Source: the human T2T-CHM13v2.0 reference genome, Homo sapiens
DNA: 64,000 bases
Assembly (NCBI RefSeq): GCF_009914755.1
Contig: NC_060936.1
Reading direction: 5' to 3' (one strand)
Shown one piece after another: positions 20,446 to 38,925 of the stretch. The notes beneath the pieces were generated by a model. The model worked only from the letters and a program-made list of their open reading frames with translations. It was not told where the DNA came from and searched no databases. The number at the start of each line of letters is the position of its first letter. The stretch's first letter is position 1. A program made the position numbers and the translations under genes.

Positions 20446-21407
20446 TCAACTTCAGGCCAATGCTGGGGTTGAGATATTTGGCAACAGGAGAGTTAGGCAG
20501 GAAAGGAAATCAACCTCTATGCTCCATCCAAATGGCTGCTTTTGTGGAATCACCTGGCCCCTCTTTTGTTTGGTGGTCTAATAGCCAGCCCACTCTCATG
20601 AAAACACAGACAGCAGCCAGCCCTTTGTGCTCAGCTCTGTGAAGCCTACAGGGATTCAACTGATGCCTGTCTCATATATCTTCACATACTCCTGTCTGAG
20701 GAGGGGGGAGTGGTGGAAAGCAGTATGTTGTGTCCCTCTTCTGCCTCCTTTATCCTTCTCTCAGCTTTTTTTGTTTTGAGTTTTCTCTTACTGCCTTAAA
20801 AAAAGGCTAATCAAAATAATCAACAATCTCCAAAAGCCAAGTAATATCTACTTTCTTACATTTAACTGAAATTTTTTTCTGTCATGTAGCATTTTTTAGA
20901 AATCAGAGGGAAAATATACTCAATTAACTCTTCTAGGCTTCAGAGACTCATGAAAGATGTTGAGAATACAACAACACAGGGTGCTCCTTTCCAGTACAAT
21001 GGGAACACATCAACATAACTTTTCCAATAAACTGTTATAAAGACAAAATTTCAAAATACTGATGATACATTCAAGGGGAGGGAGAATGGTAATTTGAAAT
21101 TATTTTTGCCAGAGAGCTAAAAAGTCTAAATCCATCCTAAATTATGTTTGTACACGTGTCCTTATTTCCTATAGCCAAACAATCTGCCTGATAAACAATT
21201 TTCAGGCCTCAAGGAGTCTTGTGAGGAGGCAGTGGCAGGCTTGTAACTGTCACCCTAGAGACAAGAGCAGTTGAGATAAACCAGGCATCTCCTGTTTCCA
21301 GGGGCTTGATTTCTCCACAAGGGCTGGCAAAAGGTCAGGCAGCCACTTAATTTTTAATCTCTATGGCAAAGAACGGCTGGAACTTGGACCTTAAATAAAG
21401 AAAAAAA

Positions 21408-21505
21408 TTTTTTTTCTATAAATTTTATTAGAGATGGAGTCTCGCTATGTTGCCCAGGCTGAACTCCAACCTCTGAGCTCAAGTGATCCTTCTGCCTCAG
21501 CCTCC
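21408..21505 (-). mobile_element. Alu monomer (FLAM-like)
   Basis: Single arm. Confidence 0.75.
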
Positions 21506-21532
21506 CTTACTTGAAAGCAATCTTTTCCATGA

Positions 21533-21880
<348 letters not shown>

Positions 21881-23834
21881 TAGGCCTGCAAGGGCCAGGC
21901 TGCTGTGGGAAAGGAGGCTAGCAGGCCAGGTACAGGGAACATAAAAAGGTTCTAATCCTGAAGAGTCCGGGGGCCAGAGTACCCTCAGCACTGGGAATAT
22001 GCAGAAAGGGGAAGGGTTCGGGGTAGAGGGATGTGGCTGGGGAGAGTGCTTACACTATCCCCACCCCCAATAAAACAAGCCTTTGTACAAAGCCCACAGC
22101 CAGGCAGAACATTATTAGTTAGCTGATACATAAGAAATCCAATTTACTGTCTTTATAAAAATTAGTTTAGGGCTATCCATGTTCAAACCTTTAGACCACA
22201 TGAAAACTGAATTAGGAAAGTCAGGGACAATCTAGAATGGCAAAGTACTAATGGTCATTTATGGACCGTAGCTGGAACCATTAATTCCTGTTACTCTATA
22301 ATAAAACGGCAGGTGATGAAAGCAGGCAATTTTAGGAATTCAAGAAAAACTCTGTAAATCAGCCCCTTTAGCCCATCATCACCTGGAATATACCCTTGCC
22401 CTAATTCCAGGAGTAGGTAGATATTCAGGAACAGTTAATGGCGTGCTTCTTCCATCTTTAAGCTGAGATCCCTGCAAAGGTTTTCTAAATGCGTAAGAAT
22501 CTTTGGACAGGACCCAGTGAAACAGTATCTCCTATCAAATAGCTAATTAATCAGTGAGATTTATAATCAGGTTTATTGAACTAAAATGTTTAACTGACAT
22601 TAAACATTCAAGTTGTTGCTGTGAGTTTTAAGCCTTTTTAAAGCAACTTGTGTGAACTCCTTACATTTCAATGTGACTTTTCCTTTAAGGAGCTCAAATT
22701 ATTTTATGTTCCTTTATAATATTCTGTGATGCGGAGCCAGCTACTATCATCTCTGTTTATAAATAGGGAAACTTAAATTACCTGCTTTAAATTGCAAAGA
22801 GATTTAATAGTCAGGGTTGATTATTAAATCAACCTGGGTTCCTCCTTTCCCCTGGTCTCTGCTGTCTGACTGCAAGGTGGCTACTATGACATTGTCATTT
22901 ATCAAGGCCTTAGAGGGATTATTATTATAGTTTTGATCTGAGGACAAAAAAATTATTTTTCTTTCCTCTAAAACCTTCACTTACGCAACTCCAAATACTC
23001 TGTAAATATTAATTCTTTATTTGCCAACATAAGTTCTTAGAAGAAAGCTGCTTCTTCAGTTTTCAGATGAATGAACTGAGGCTGTTTTAATGGTTCGCCA
23101 AATAACTACAAAGTAGTTGGAAACAGGGAAAAAAATAAGATTGAATTTTTAAATCACAGACACTCTCCCTGTGGAATACACATGAAAGATGTGACTCCAG
23201 ATATTCAGCCTGCAAGTTGGCACAATCGATGGTTTTTCTGGATAAATAGCCAATCTCAAACAACAAATACTGCAGACTAATTTGCCTAGGCAGTCATGAG
23301 TTTGAGATCAGTATGCTGGATTAAAGATGAATTAATAGCTGTGTTCTAAGATTTTAAAGAAATTTTGGACTGAGTAAAATTTTTTTAAAGTAAATACTAA
23401 TAAGGATGGAAATGAATTTCTTTAAAATAAGTCATTTTCTGTTCAGAGAATAAGATGATATCGTGATGACCGTTGAACATATAAAATAACTCAGCCATGT
23501 CCTTTTCTGAAAATAGAAGAAAGCAAACAAAAACATACACAAAGGTGCATCCAGCTTTAAACAAATCCAACATGAAAATCCAGATTTTCTTACACTGAAA
23601 ATTGAGGTGTGATTCTATTTCAAAGGATTTGTTTATTTCGAAAAAGAAGTAGGCATCTTCCCTACATTGAAGAAATCCGTAGGCTTCATCTGGAACCCCT
23701 ATTCTACCGCTTTGTATGTGTCTGGACAAATCAGTTAGATGCCTGTTTCCCGTAATTCCAGCTACTAATAGGACTGCTGAGAGAGAGGGTTTACCTGAGA
23801 AAGCATAGACTCAAACGCTTTCAAAATTGTGAAG

Positions 23835-24625
<791 letters not shown>

Positions 24626-25356
24626 CAAGCAATATGCAAAAATGAGATAAGGTTTCTAAATAGAATTTGAGTCATAAAAATTTGATTTTCACATTTTTTC
24701 ATGAATTAGTCTATTCTAATAACAGGGATAAACTAGTGTGCATGGTTTACACTGTGTTGTAGAGCAGTTTTTTTTTTTTTTCTGCTAAGTTTACCACTGG
24801 TCTTGAATTGGACTTTTTCTGGTGACTTCTGATTGACCCGCCACTGAGGAGCACGATGATATTACTGTGTTTTCCAGCCATTCATTTCACCTGCACAGTG
24901 CATAATGTGCTTTCGATGTTTCCTAAAGAAGGGGATGATTTACTAGGAAATATTTCAAATTAACATGGGCTCAGGCAACATTACCTATACTTTTTTCTAA
25001 AAATACCATGCACATTTTATGGAGCCCATTTTAAGGAAAATAAAGTAGGTAGTTGCAGAGCAACTTTAAACTCCACTCTTCTCAAATAACAAGCAATTCA
25101 GGTCAAACCAATTGCGGGGGCGGGTAATGGTGAAGGAGGTCTGTTTGGATGGTGGTAGGATTCTAAATTCCTCAGAAAATTGCAGAGGTGAAGCCGTCAC
25201 AGGACAATGTAATTTTCTCCCTTTCCCAATCTGAGTGTTCATTGGAATGATATGATTCCTAAGCAGCTGTTATGGAAAAAGAAGCTTTGTGTTTGGTCAC
25301 CAATACAAACATTGCTCGAAATAATGAATTATTGTCAGGGTTAAAATAGTCAATAA

Positions 25357-25663
25357 GGCCAGGCATAGTGGCTCACGCCTGTAATCCCAGCACTTTGGGA
25401 GGCCAAGGTGGGCAGATCACTTGAGGTCAGGAGTTTGAGACCAGCCTGGCCAACACGGGGAAAGCCTGTCTCTAAAACATAAAATACAAACCCTGTCTCT
25501 AAAATACAAAAATTAGCTAGGTGTGCTGTTGGGCACCTGTAATTCCAGCTACTTGGGGGCCGGGCTTGAACCCAGGAGGCAGAGGTTGCGGTGAGGTGAG
25601 ACTGTGCCACTGCACTCCAGCCTGGGCAACAGAGCAAGATTCCGTCCCCCCCCCAAAAAAAAA
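25357..25663 (+). mobile_element. AluS with linker duplication and internal deletion
   Basis: cctgtctctaaaa occurs twice. Confidence 0.87.
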
Positions 25664-26681
25664 ACTAAGTTGATTTTCATAATCACAGTTTTGTGAACAA
25701 TTTTATTATGTAATTGGTTAGATTGAATGTATTTATGAAATCAAATTGACAAGTCTCTATTGTGGTTCCATTACCTGTTTCTGGGCATATTTATAAAAAA
25801 CCAACTACAGTTTCTTTTATAGTAAGCAAATGACAGAGAACTGCTAAACAAGCAAGATCTTTATATAGCCTGCTTCTATTAGAGAGAAGAGAGGTGCACT
25901 CACATTCAGAAAAGCGTCTTTTCTTTCAATCTTCTAGCACTGAGTGTGGTTTAAAAAAAGTGATTTGGTTCACACTGAGCTCTAAAAGGAGGATTTCTGG
26001 AGATGAAGATACATGTAGAGGTGCCCACAAAAACAGGTGTGGTTAAATGTAACCACAGAAATCAGCAGGTGTTCGCTATTAGTATTGATTTAAATGCTGC
26101 AGGTAATTGGGCTAACAACCGTGAGCAGTTGTCCTCACAGTGTGGATTCACGATGGTCTTTTAGAAGGAAAGAGCCTGAAAGTCTAAAAGCTTATCATCT
26201 TACTGTTATTTGGTCTTTCTACAGTAATCTCTGGCTTGCAACAGCTCTCGTTCTCCACAAATCTTAAAAGATTTAACTTCTCCCATTACAGTAAAGTTGA
26301 GGACATGTTATTCCAGGTAAGACATGGGATCTTGCCACTTATTCAGAGGAATTTGTATAGCAATTCATATTTGAATGGATCCTTAAAGTCATTTACTAGC
26401 AATAGTAGGAGCTTAAAAGAAAGCATAAAATATACTGAGACTCATCAAAGACCATACGTATGTCCGCACTCCTGAGCTGGTGAAGGAATTTTTTTTGTTT
26501 TTTGTCTGTCTGTGTTGGCATAAAACATACGATTCATTTCCTTGGACTTACATATTTTTTAAAACTATATTTTATCTTCTATTCTTACTTTCCAAGAAGA
26601 ACAACCAGATATTGATGGAAATCACAACAGCCCAAGTAAGCATTTGCTTAGGCTGGAAAATAAGTAGAATTTGTTGGTTTA

Positions 26682-27003
<322 letters not shown>

Positions 27004-27446
27004 GGGAACACTATGGTGAAAAATTGTTTCAAAGCAGATGAAAGTCTAATAAAGTTTTATACTATTGAAAATTTAACCAATAGTTGTACAGTGCTATATT
27101 TTGTGACCAGTTAGCTCACATAATCAACCATGAGAAACAACTTGGTGTATCAGGTATATGCTAGAAAGTACTGGCTATGAGTTCTTAAAACGTTGAATAT
27201 GCCAGGGACAGAACAGCTCTCCTGCAAGAGTGGGCCACACATACCACATGCCAGTGTGCGACTGACTAATCCATTGCTGTTATCACTCACACGATATACC
27301 AGCCACTAGAGTCCTTATTTTTCAGGAGCCCCCTAAGCAATTCAAGAGCTATCTTCTGATATACCAATTTATGACATTTGGGGGGCAATCCTCAAATCAC
27401 TGCTCTAGGTAATGACAAAAACACATTTTAAATGTCCCCCTCCCAC

Positions 27447-27733
27447 TTTTTTTATTGAGATGGAGTCTTGCTCTGTCGCCCAGGCTGAAGTGCAGCGGTG
27501 CGATCTTGGCTCACTGAAACCTCTTCCTCTCAGGATCAAGCGATTCTTGTGCCTCAGCCTTCCGAGTAGCTGGACTACAGGTGTGTGCCACCATGCTGAC
27601 TAATTTTTGTATTTTTAGTAGAGATGGGGTTTTGCCATGTTGGCCAGGCTGGCCTCAAACTCCTGGCCTCAAGAGTTCTACCCGCCTCGGGCTCCCAAAG
27701 TGCCAGCGCTTTAGGCGTGAGCCATTAAATGGC
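27447..27733 (-). mobile_element. AluS
   Basis: Full dimer. Confidence 0.9.
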
Positions 27734-27842
27734 CCTTTTATATCACAGGTGTTCATGTCATATTTTGTTTGAGGTATTAGAATATGTAATTGTAGAATTT
27801 GTTATTATAAACTGGTAATTTAGCATCCTGGTGAAGTATTAA

Positions 27843-28202
<360 letters not shown>

Positions 28203-28461
28203 TTACTTTGGCATTCCTGCCAATTATTTGCTGAGATATCTCATGAGACTTTAAGACTTGTAAGACTTTATAACTTCCATGGCAAATATCACATTATACT
28301 CCCAATAATATAAAAAAAGGTGAATTTATAGAACTCACAAATTATTTTTTGCTTTAAAATACTTACTACAGGTTTTCTTTGTAATGACTTTCAAGTCATT
28401 ATATTTCCCCTGCCTCTCACGTGCCAGGGTTAACCCCTCCCAACTGATTCATAACTGCTAA

Positions 28462-28941
<480 letters not shown>

Positions 28942-29785
28942 CTGTTCCTACTTTAAATCCACCAAATCTGTCAAATGTATTTTCACAAAACTCCTGCACT
29001 TTTCATGTTTCTTCCCTGTGGAAATATCTGTGACTCACAATTATCAAATTCTTTAACTTGCATTCAAGATCAGAGGAGAGGGGTGAAGGAGGCTGCCTAT
29101 AAGGGACACAACTGAACTAAGTTAACTGGGCAAGAGAAGGAAGGGAGGGAGACAAGGAGGGGTAGAAATACCAAGCAAGATAAACTGCCTGTGTGGGTTT
29201 GGTGGGGAGCAAGGGTAGTGGCCCCAGGGATGAAGTTTGAGAAGTTGCAGGCATTAGATCACGAAGAACTTGGAATGCTGTGTTCAATAATTTTACTCTT
29301 GCAGATAACAGTAAGAAACTGAAGGAATTTAAACTGGGAAATGATGCAATGAGATTTTAGAAAGTTCACTCTAGCAGCTGTGTGGAGAATGGATTGGAGT
29401 GGGGCCACGTTAAAACAAAGAGGTTATTTTCTCTTCCAAAGAGATTTTGACAGAAAGAACTGTATCTTACACTACCACTTCTAGCACAGTCTTGTATCAG
29501 TACTTGACAAGTTAATTGTTGATTAGTCAGATTACCTGTACATTAGAAATATCCTAGTTACACAAATTCAGTTTGCGCTTAATCATTCAGGCAGGTATGT
29601 ATTCTGTGGCTCACCAGAATGGAACTAAAATGTGAGTATGATAGTCACATACATGCTTTTGTCTTGGGGTAGATGGAAGGTGCTCAAATAGTTTCGACTG
29701 TTCTCTGTCATTCTGGGTATACGGAGAGGAAGGAAAGTTGCTTCCCCAGAATGTAGGCAGACTTTTATTAGAAAAGCAGACTTTG

Positions 29786-30090
29786 GGCCAGGTGCAGTGG
29801 CTCATGCCTGTAATCCCAGCACTTTGGGAGGCCGAGGCGGGTGGATCGGTCAGGAGATCGAGACCATCCTGGCTAACATGGTGAAACTCCATCTCTACTA
29901 AAAATACAAAAATTAGCCGGGTGTGGTGGCACACACCTGTAATCCCACTTACTTGAGAGGCTGAGGCAGGAGAATCGCTTGAACCCGAGGAGACGGAGGT
30001 TGCAGTGAGCCGAGATTGTGCCACCGCACTCCAGCCTGGGCATAGAGCGAGACTCCATCTCAAAAAAAAAAAAAAAAAAAAAAAAAGAAA
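29786..30090 (+). mobile_element. AluSc/Y-like
   Basis: caggagatcgagaccatcctggctaac; TSD agaaaagc(a/t)gactttg. Confidence 0.9.
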
Positions 30091-30574
30091 AGCTGACTTT
30101 GTTCATTTTGGCAAGGTTGTTTCTATATTTGAATAATATATGTTTACTATCATTCTTTTATCTGTATGGCTTGTGTATTTATCTGTAATATTTTGGTGGC
30201 CTATAAATTCATATTATCTGTCAAGAAAAGTTCCCATTTGTTTTCATTCTTCAATGAAAAAGAGTAATCAAGATCCAATAAGCTTGATGCTCACCCACAC
30301 CCACCCCATAAATAGCTTACTGAGAGATTCAGAAAAAATAATCCATTAAGCTTCTAATGAAGGTTTTCATCCACAAATTCTGGAAATCAAGGAATTGCAG
30401 AACTTTGATTATGACTGCTTAGGTTAACGAATGTTATTAAGTCTAAAGCTGATTATTCCAAGAATATAAATATGTGAATTATTTTAATAGTAATGGCAGG
30501 TTGTGTTTTCAAATGCTTAAGTTTCTTTTTTTCCAACTGTCCATTTTTATTTAAATCTACATATTGAGCTCTCA

Positions 30575-31092
<518 letters not shown>

Positions 31093-32304
31093 TTATTGTC
31101 TATTCCCACTTGCATTGCTGCCTTTTACTGCTAATTTACTTCCTCAGGAGAAGTAGGGTATTTATCTTCATATATTTGTAGACATGCACAAGATACCTGA
31201 AGTCCAACATTTGTCTCAGAATTGTATAATTTAAACTTGTTGAATGTCATCTGAGATGGAAATAAATCATCTTATAGGCCATATTAATCATCTGATTTAT
31301 AAACTCCAGAGGTTTTAGCATCATATTTATTATATTTCATTACTATCATAGTTTGCCAATAATATGCTTGTTCTCTCAGAGAAAAAAAATCAAAACTTTT
31401 AATAATTTGTATTGATCAGACTAGGAATTCAATTGTAGGGTAAAATCAATGTTAAAATGTGAAGATAAAATAATGTAACTATGTATAGGCTTATTTTAAT
31501 AAATGAGAAAAAACTGTAAAGTTGCTATCTAAAACTTTGAGGAAATGTGAACTACAAATACCTAGAATATTTAATACAAAAGCTACCCTCTGTTCCCATG
31601 ACTGTGGAACTCTTAGCACAGGGCATACAGATAACAACAGTCTTTTAAAAGCCTAAATGAACAGTCTTCCTTCCTTTAAGGTAATTTCCTGCGTCTTATC
31701 TGTCACATATAGAACAATGTACTTTCATAATCAAACCCTGCTACTCTGGGTCTACTTGTGGTTTCTTACAGTTCCACGGATTCTGAAGCATCCTTACTTT
31801 ACCCTCACACAAAACTTCACCCCTAAGAGATGTGTTCTCAACATTTCCAGGGGTGTGAAGTTTTTTTTGTTGTTGTTGTTAACTACCATTTTGTTAACAT
31901 TCTATTTCACTTACTATAATCAGAAGGATTTCTTTAATTATTTTTGGACTTACCGAACTCAATCTGCTTGGCCCTGGACAAAAAGTGGCTCACAGGCCAT
32001 ATTACACAGACACAGAGGTGCATTTAATCCAGTGTGCTACTGACACCTCACATTCAGAGCAGAGGGCCATGACCCTGCCACCCGCCATCTCACTCTTTTT
32101 TTTCCCTTTCCTGATCCCTCCTACTTTCTGAACGATTAGTCACCTTGCTCCCCAGAATTGCTTCATTCCTGGGATTCCTTTTTGTCAAAGGAAGAATTTA
32201 TGCAGAATTTGAACAATGTCTAACTTTTTTTTAACAGTAGCGCCTAGTAACTACCTTTCTTTTGCTACCCTGAGCCAATTTTCAATTCTCTCTCCAGAAT
32301 TCAC

Positions 32305-32604
32305 TTTTTTTTTTTTTTTTGAGATGGAGTCTCACTCCATCGCCCAGGCTGGAGGCAGTGGCATGATCTTGGCTCACTGAAACCTCTGACTCCCAGGTTC
32401 AAGCAATTCTCCTGCCTCAGGCTCCCTGGTAGCTGGGATTACAGGTATGCACCACCACACCTGGCTAATTTGTTTTTTATTTTTAGTAGACACAGGGTTT
32501 CACCATGTTGGCCAGGCTGATCTCAAACTCCTGACCTCAGGTAATCCACCCGTCTCGGCCTCCTAAAATGGTGAGACTACAGGCATGAGTCACTGCGCCC
32601 AGCC
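32305..32604 (-). mobile_element. AluS
   Basis: TSD ccagaattcacttt. Confidence 0.92.
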
Positions 32605-33899
32605 CAGAATTCACTTTGATCACAGATATTGAAAAGCAGCTTCACCAAGGAAATCACCTAAGATAATAGTGTGCCTCAAGTTTTGTGGTGGATTTCCAAA
32701 GAGGTTGTAAATATAATTGCATTAGGAGATTGTTCACTGTCCTTTATAAGTAGTAAATACAATTTAAAACACAATTTTCTCTCCACTCAGATACCTGGGG
32801 TGGGGGCGGGGGGGGGGGGGGGGAGAACTGTGTAACAAGTAGTACTTTTAAGGCAAGTGTAATAAATAGGATATGGATGCTTTTAATTTTTCCCTTTGCC
32901 AATACTTGCAATTCTTAAATGTCTTCTATTTTAGAAAAATATTTTAACTATTAGCTACAATACAGACTTACTTCACAATGCTGCTATACACCTCTGAAGG
33001 CCCCTTCCCAAAGAGTTACAGCCAACTTTAAAATGTTCAGCACAGTTAAAAATAACACCAAAAGTCACTGAGTGATTTACAATGAAAACCACCCAGCTAT
33101 ACTAAGGCATTGGAAAGAAGACAAAGGGTTAAAGACTCTTGCAAGATACTTATCAACAAATCAGCCACATTTATCTCATCTCTGCTTTCAGCAGGTTATC
33201 CGCTGTCTCAACCTTACAGGTTTGTCAACAACTCAGAATTCTCCAGGGCCCTGGAGCTAATAGCAGTTAACATCAGGGTCTTTTCTTCCTGGAATTTCTT
33301 GTGTTGATACAGGATTTTTTCCAGACCAGCACTGTTTCAACAATTGCTTGTCTGTTTCAACTTGAGAGACAGGATAGTAACATGGAAATAATAAAAATTA
33401 TACTCAGAACCACCACGAGCCCCCAGACCTTTTCAAAGAAGTTTAATTAAACAATACATACGAACCACCCCTGGTAATTGTTTCATGGCATGCTAATGTT
33501 AAATTCCTTTGAAGCTGATTTCCTTTTTGAGTCTTAGAAAGCTGAGGCTTTAAAGTAAGTAGGTGTTGTTTGCTGCCTTATCTCTCTGTCTGATTTGTAC
33601 TTCTGTGTAGGCTGCAGAGTGTATTTCAGCTTACTGGAAAGCTGCTGTTGCAATCAAAATATTTCAAACGCTTTGTTCCTTAGTTGGAACAGCCAGTCAA
33701 GTAGTTGACCCAAGCATTATAGCAGAAGGACCAAGATAGTGCCCTTTGTTCTACCATATCAACTCTGTGAACTGTGAAATATTCATTCTGTTCCCTCCTA
33801 GAATGATCTTTCTCCAGTCACCTCCCTATGTCCAGTCCTACTGAATTTTTGAGATCTACCTCCAGGAAGCTTTTCAAAATTTCCTGCCACCAGGAGTAA

Positions 33900-34219
<320 letters not shown>

Positions 34220-35059
34220 AATTTACACTTCTAAACTCCATAATATATTAGCCATTCTTTTGGGTCACTTACTACTTTTTATTTGGTAATGTATTTTTCT
34301 AGCGGTTGGCTTCCTTCTTCAAACTTTTTGCTTTAAAGCAAGCAGAGTCTTTGTGTTTAATTCAGCACCTGCACAGCGCCCGGCATGAAGAACATACTCA
34401 TTTGATGCTTGCTGAATTCATCACACAGGTGATGCATTACTTTGTAGAAAGAACAGATTATGTGTGGAGTTGGGATTAAATTTCCAACCATTGCTGACAG
34501 ACACATACTTCATATGTGAGATGGATTCTCATATCTATCTCAGCAATTGTTTCAAGGATATAATGAAGATTCTGGAATAGGCACATAGTAGATGCTCAGC
34601 AACATTCCCTTTTCTTCTGTTCATGGCTCCATTCCCTCCATTTATGGAAGAGTTGTATCTGCTTGCTCTCTTCCTAGCTGGCCATTCTCAGAGGATAAGA
34701 AAGAATATCTAATATGCCTCCTGTGTCTCCTACGCAGGGGAAGCTGATTTGGTTTCAGTTTAGCACTGGACCTATGGGCACAGAGAATGAATGGGTGTAA
34801 TGGCTCCACTTTTCAAAGACTGGCCTCACTCATCCCGCAGTCTTTAGTCAGACCCCTAAGTCTAAATAAATATAAGGTCTTTCCCTCCATGTATTGCAGC
34901 AGTTCTGTGTTTTCTAGACCTCCCCAGCCTTTCAGAACTTCCTCAATTTTATTTAAAGAAAAATGGGAGGGGGCCACGGAGAGGCTTAGCATCTAACAAA
35001 TCCCACTTTGTATTAATCATTTTAAAACTTAATGATAAAACTGATAAGTTTAAAATTCA

Positions 35060-35260
35060 GGTTTGGGAGTTTAAATACCAGCTCTGCCACTTACCATCTA
35101 TTAGAGCTTCAGTGTTACTTAACTGCTTAGTTTCCTCATCTGTAAAATGAGGATGAAAATACCTAACTCACAAGTTTTTAAATACATATATATATATATA
35201 TCTCAAATGAATGCAAACCACATCGCCCAATTCTTGGCACATAGTATGCACTCAGTTATA
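35060..35260 (+). mobile_element. MIR
   Basis: Core agtttcctcatctgtaaaatgaggat...tggcacatagta. Confidence 0.8.
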
Positions 35261-36189
35261 TTAACTACGATCATTGAACATCTTCTCTTTACCTTTCAAG
35301 TATGTTAATATTGACTACGTCATCCTTTAGGATTCTTTTACACACACAGTACAGCCTCCCAGACTCTGCTGTTTGAAATCTCTGGTCTGGCCTGTTAGAA
35401 TTTTTCTGTTTTCCTAATAGAAACTAGAATGGGTTAGCCTACATTCGCCAATGCCCAAGTTACTTCATACAGAAACAACTGAACGTTGCAGGAAACAGAT
35501 ATTCCAACTTAATTGCTCAATTTCTTTCCTCTTCTTTTTGCTATAAGCCAACATAGTGCTTTTATAATGCAAACTCACATACACAGCAACAAGAAGTAAA
35601 ACAAGGGTCACTGAGTTGATCCCATCACCTGACTTCAGCAGGGGAGAAAAGGATACATCATGATCTCTAATTTTCACAAGTGGCTTGCCATCTTCTTTCC
35701 CTTCCACCTCCCCCGTCTATCAATCATGAACATAGTGTGCATGTGTGTGCTTACACCCCTTTCACCTTCGGGTTTAATTTTTTGGAGGGATCAGACTTGC
35801 ACCACGCCCGCACTGGTGGGGGTAGGAAGCGCAGCTAGGCGGGCACGGCTGTTGCCGGCAGGGCCAAAGTCCCCTACCTCCTCCTCGGCGTGTTTGTTCC
35901 CTGGACCAAAGCCTCCTAACTACTTTTCTTCACTCCCTAGATCCACCACTCGCCTCCCACACAGGGTGGAGCGCCCCGAAGTACTTGCATAAGACAGCAC
36001 AATCCCAATTTATAGGTTGTAGGAGCGCCAGTGCTGTCGGTTTTTTTCCCCAAGATATTTATGGGGGTCATTAATTATTTAACAAATCTAATAAAATTGA
36101 AGGGCTCCTTCTCCCAGAAAAAGATCGTACACACCAAAAATTCTGCATAGCATCTCAAGGTGTTTATAGACTCCCTGAACCTTCAAATT

Positions 36190-37260
<1,071 letters not shown>

Positions 37261-38925
37261 AGGCTTTGTCGCACTGTTGGAAACGTTTCCTGGTTTTCCT
37301 GGACCTGAGGGTGAGAAAGGGCTATTTGGTCAGGCGGAAAGGGCAATATGAGGGAAATGTGCCAAGAAGATAACGTGTGAAATAAAAGACTTTCTAAAGA
37401 GAGTGTTTTTTTTCTTAGTACAACGTCAGGACTATGTACTTTTTGCACAGATGCAGTCCCAGAAACATATGTTCTTCCTCATTGAGAGCTTCTGTTTTCT
37501 CTTGGATACACAAATTGTACCCAGTACTCTTGCTAACCCATTCCTCTCTTACGAACACACCCACACAGAGAAACTCCAACAAGAGGCTCTAGAGAAGAAA
37601 TGAATTTTAATAGACGATGCTTTTTAAATAGCCCTGCTAACGTTGATTAAGTCCTCTTTATTACAGGCTCTTTGTAGAGAGATCCACGGAGAGGGCCTCC
37701 AACTTTCAATCGAATCTTCCACAACTTGTATTTATCGTGCTATTAATTATGTTTCACCGCAGTTGACTACTGAGAACTTGAGAGCTAAGCTCAACAGAAA
37801 GGATCCTTGACCTTAAAGTTTACAACCAAAGCCACTTGTCCTGATTTGCCTCTTTGGACTTAAGAGGCAGAAAGAAAAACATGTATCCCTGGTATTAAGA
37901 TAATATTCCCTTTGATTGCTTGGGTTTGTATGTTCACTTTCCCTCAAATCACTCAATTGCTGCAAAACCCCACTTACTCAAGTCTGAAGTGTTTGGAGAA
38001 CGCAGCTTCCCTCGTCTTTGTTTTCCTACCCACACCCTTCTGCCTTTAGACACACACTGAATGCTTAGACACACAATGCACAGGTATATGGCCTCCCTTT
38101 TTACATGAGCGTCCAGGGAGTGAAGAGGAAACCAAAGGACTGAAAGCGTGGACAACAGAGTAGTGACAGTTCCGCCACCCTTTGTCAGCAGGCCACATGG
38201 CTAAGTGGGAGCCATATGGATGTGAGTCCTGGAAGCAATTGCTCCCACCCCAATAGAATGGACCACTATTTAGGCAAATTACACCTTGTGTAAAGCTTGC
38301 TTATGTAGCCAGGTGGAAACATCCAACCATGATGCTGAGATGTAATTGAAAAGAGAGGGGTGAACTGAAGGTAAGTGATGATAGAAACGTCCAGCAACAT
38401 TCCTGTTTCTCTCTCTCTCTCTCTCTCTCTTTTCATGGCCTCTTCTGGCAGACCAGAATCTGCTGCTTTGAGAGACAATTTCAGTATCTGTCCATACAGG
38501 GTCAGTTGGGGCATTCCTTGTTATTTTGTACCTGAAGAGCCATGACTTAAAATGTCAGCTCTGCCTCCAATTAGATTCCTCACCAGGAGACTAGAGAGGA
38601 ATTTTTCTCATTTATTTTAATGAGCCAAACCTCAGATACTTTTTTCCTCTCAAATTAATTTTTTTAAAGTGTGTTGTTGGAATTGATTATCCTGTTGGGT
38701 AGGTACCAATAATTGGGCATATAGAAATCTTGTTGTTGGATTGTTAGGTGATTTGAGGGGAGGGAAGGTGATTAAAAGCACAGCTTGTGAGTGAGGAAAA
38801 TCTAGGTTTTAACCTTAGCTTACCCCTTGTAAGTATATGGCCACAAGCAAGTTTTTTTAGATTTTTATAACTCTGTACATTCTCTTATCTATAAATGGGA
38901 GCAATAAAAGTATCTACTACATAGT

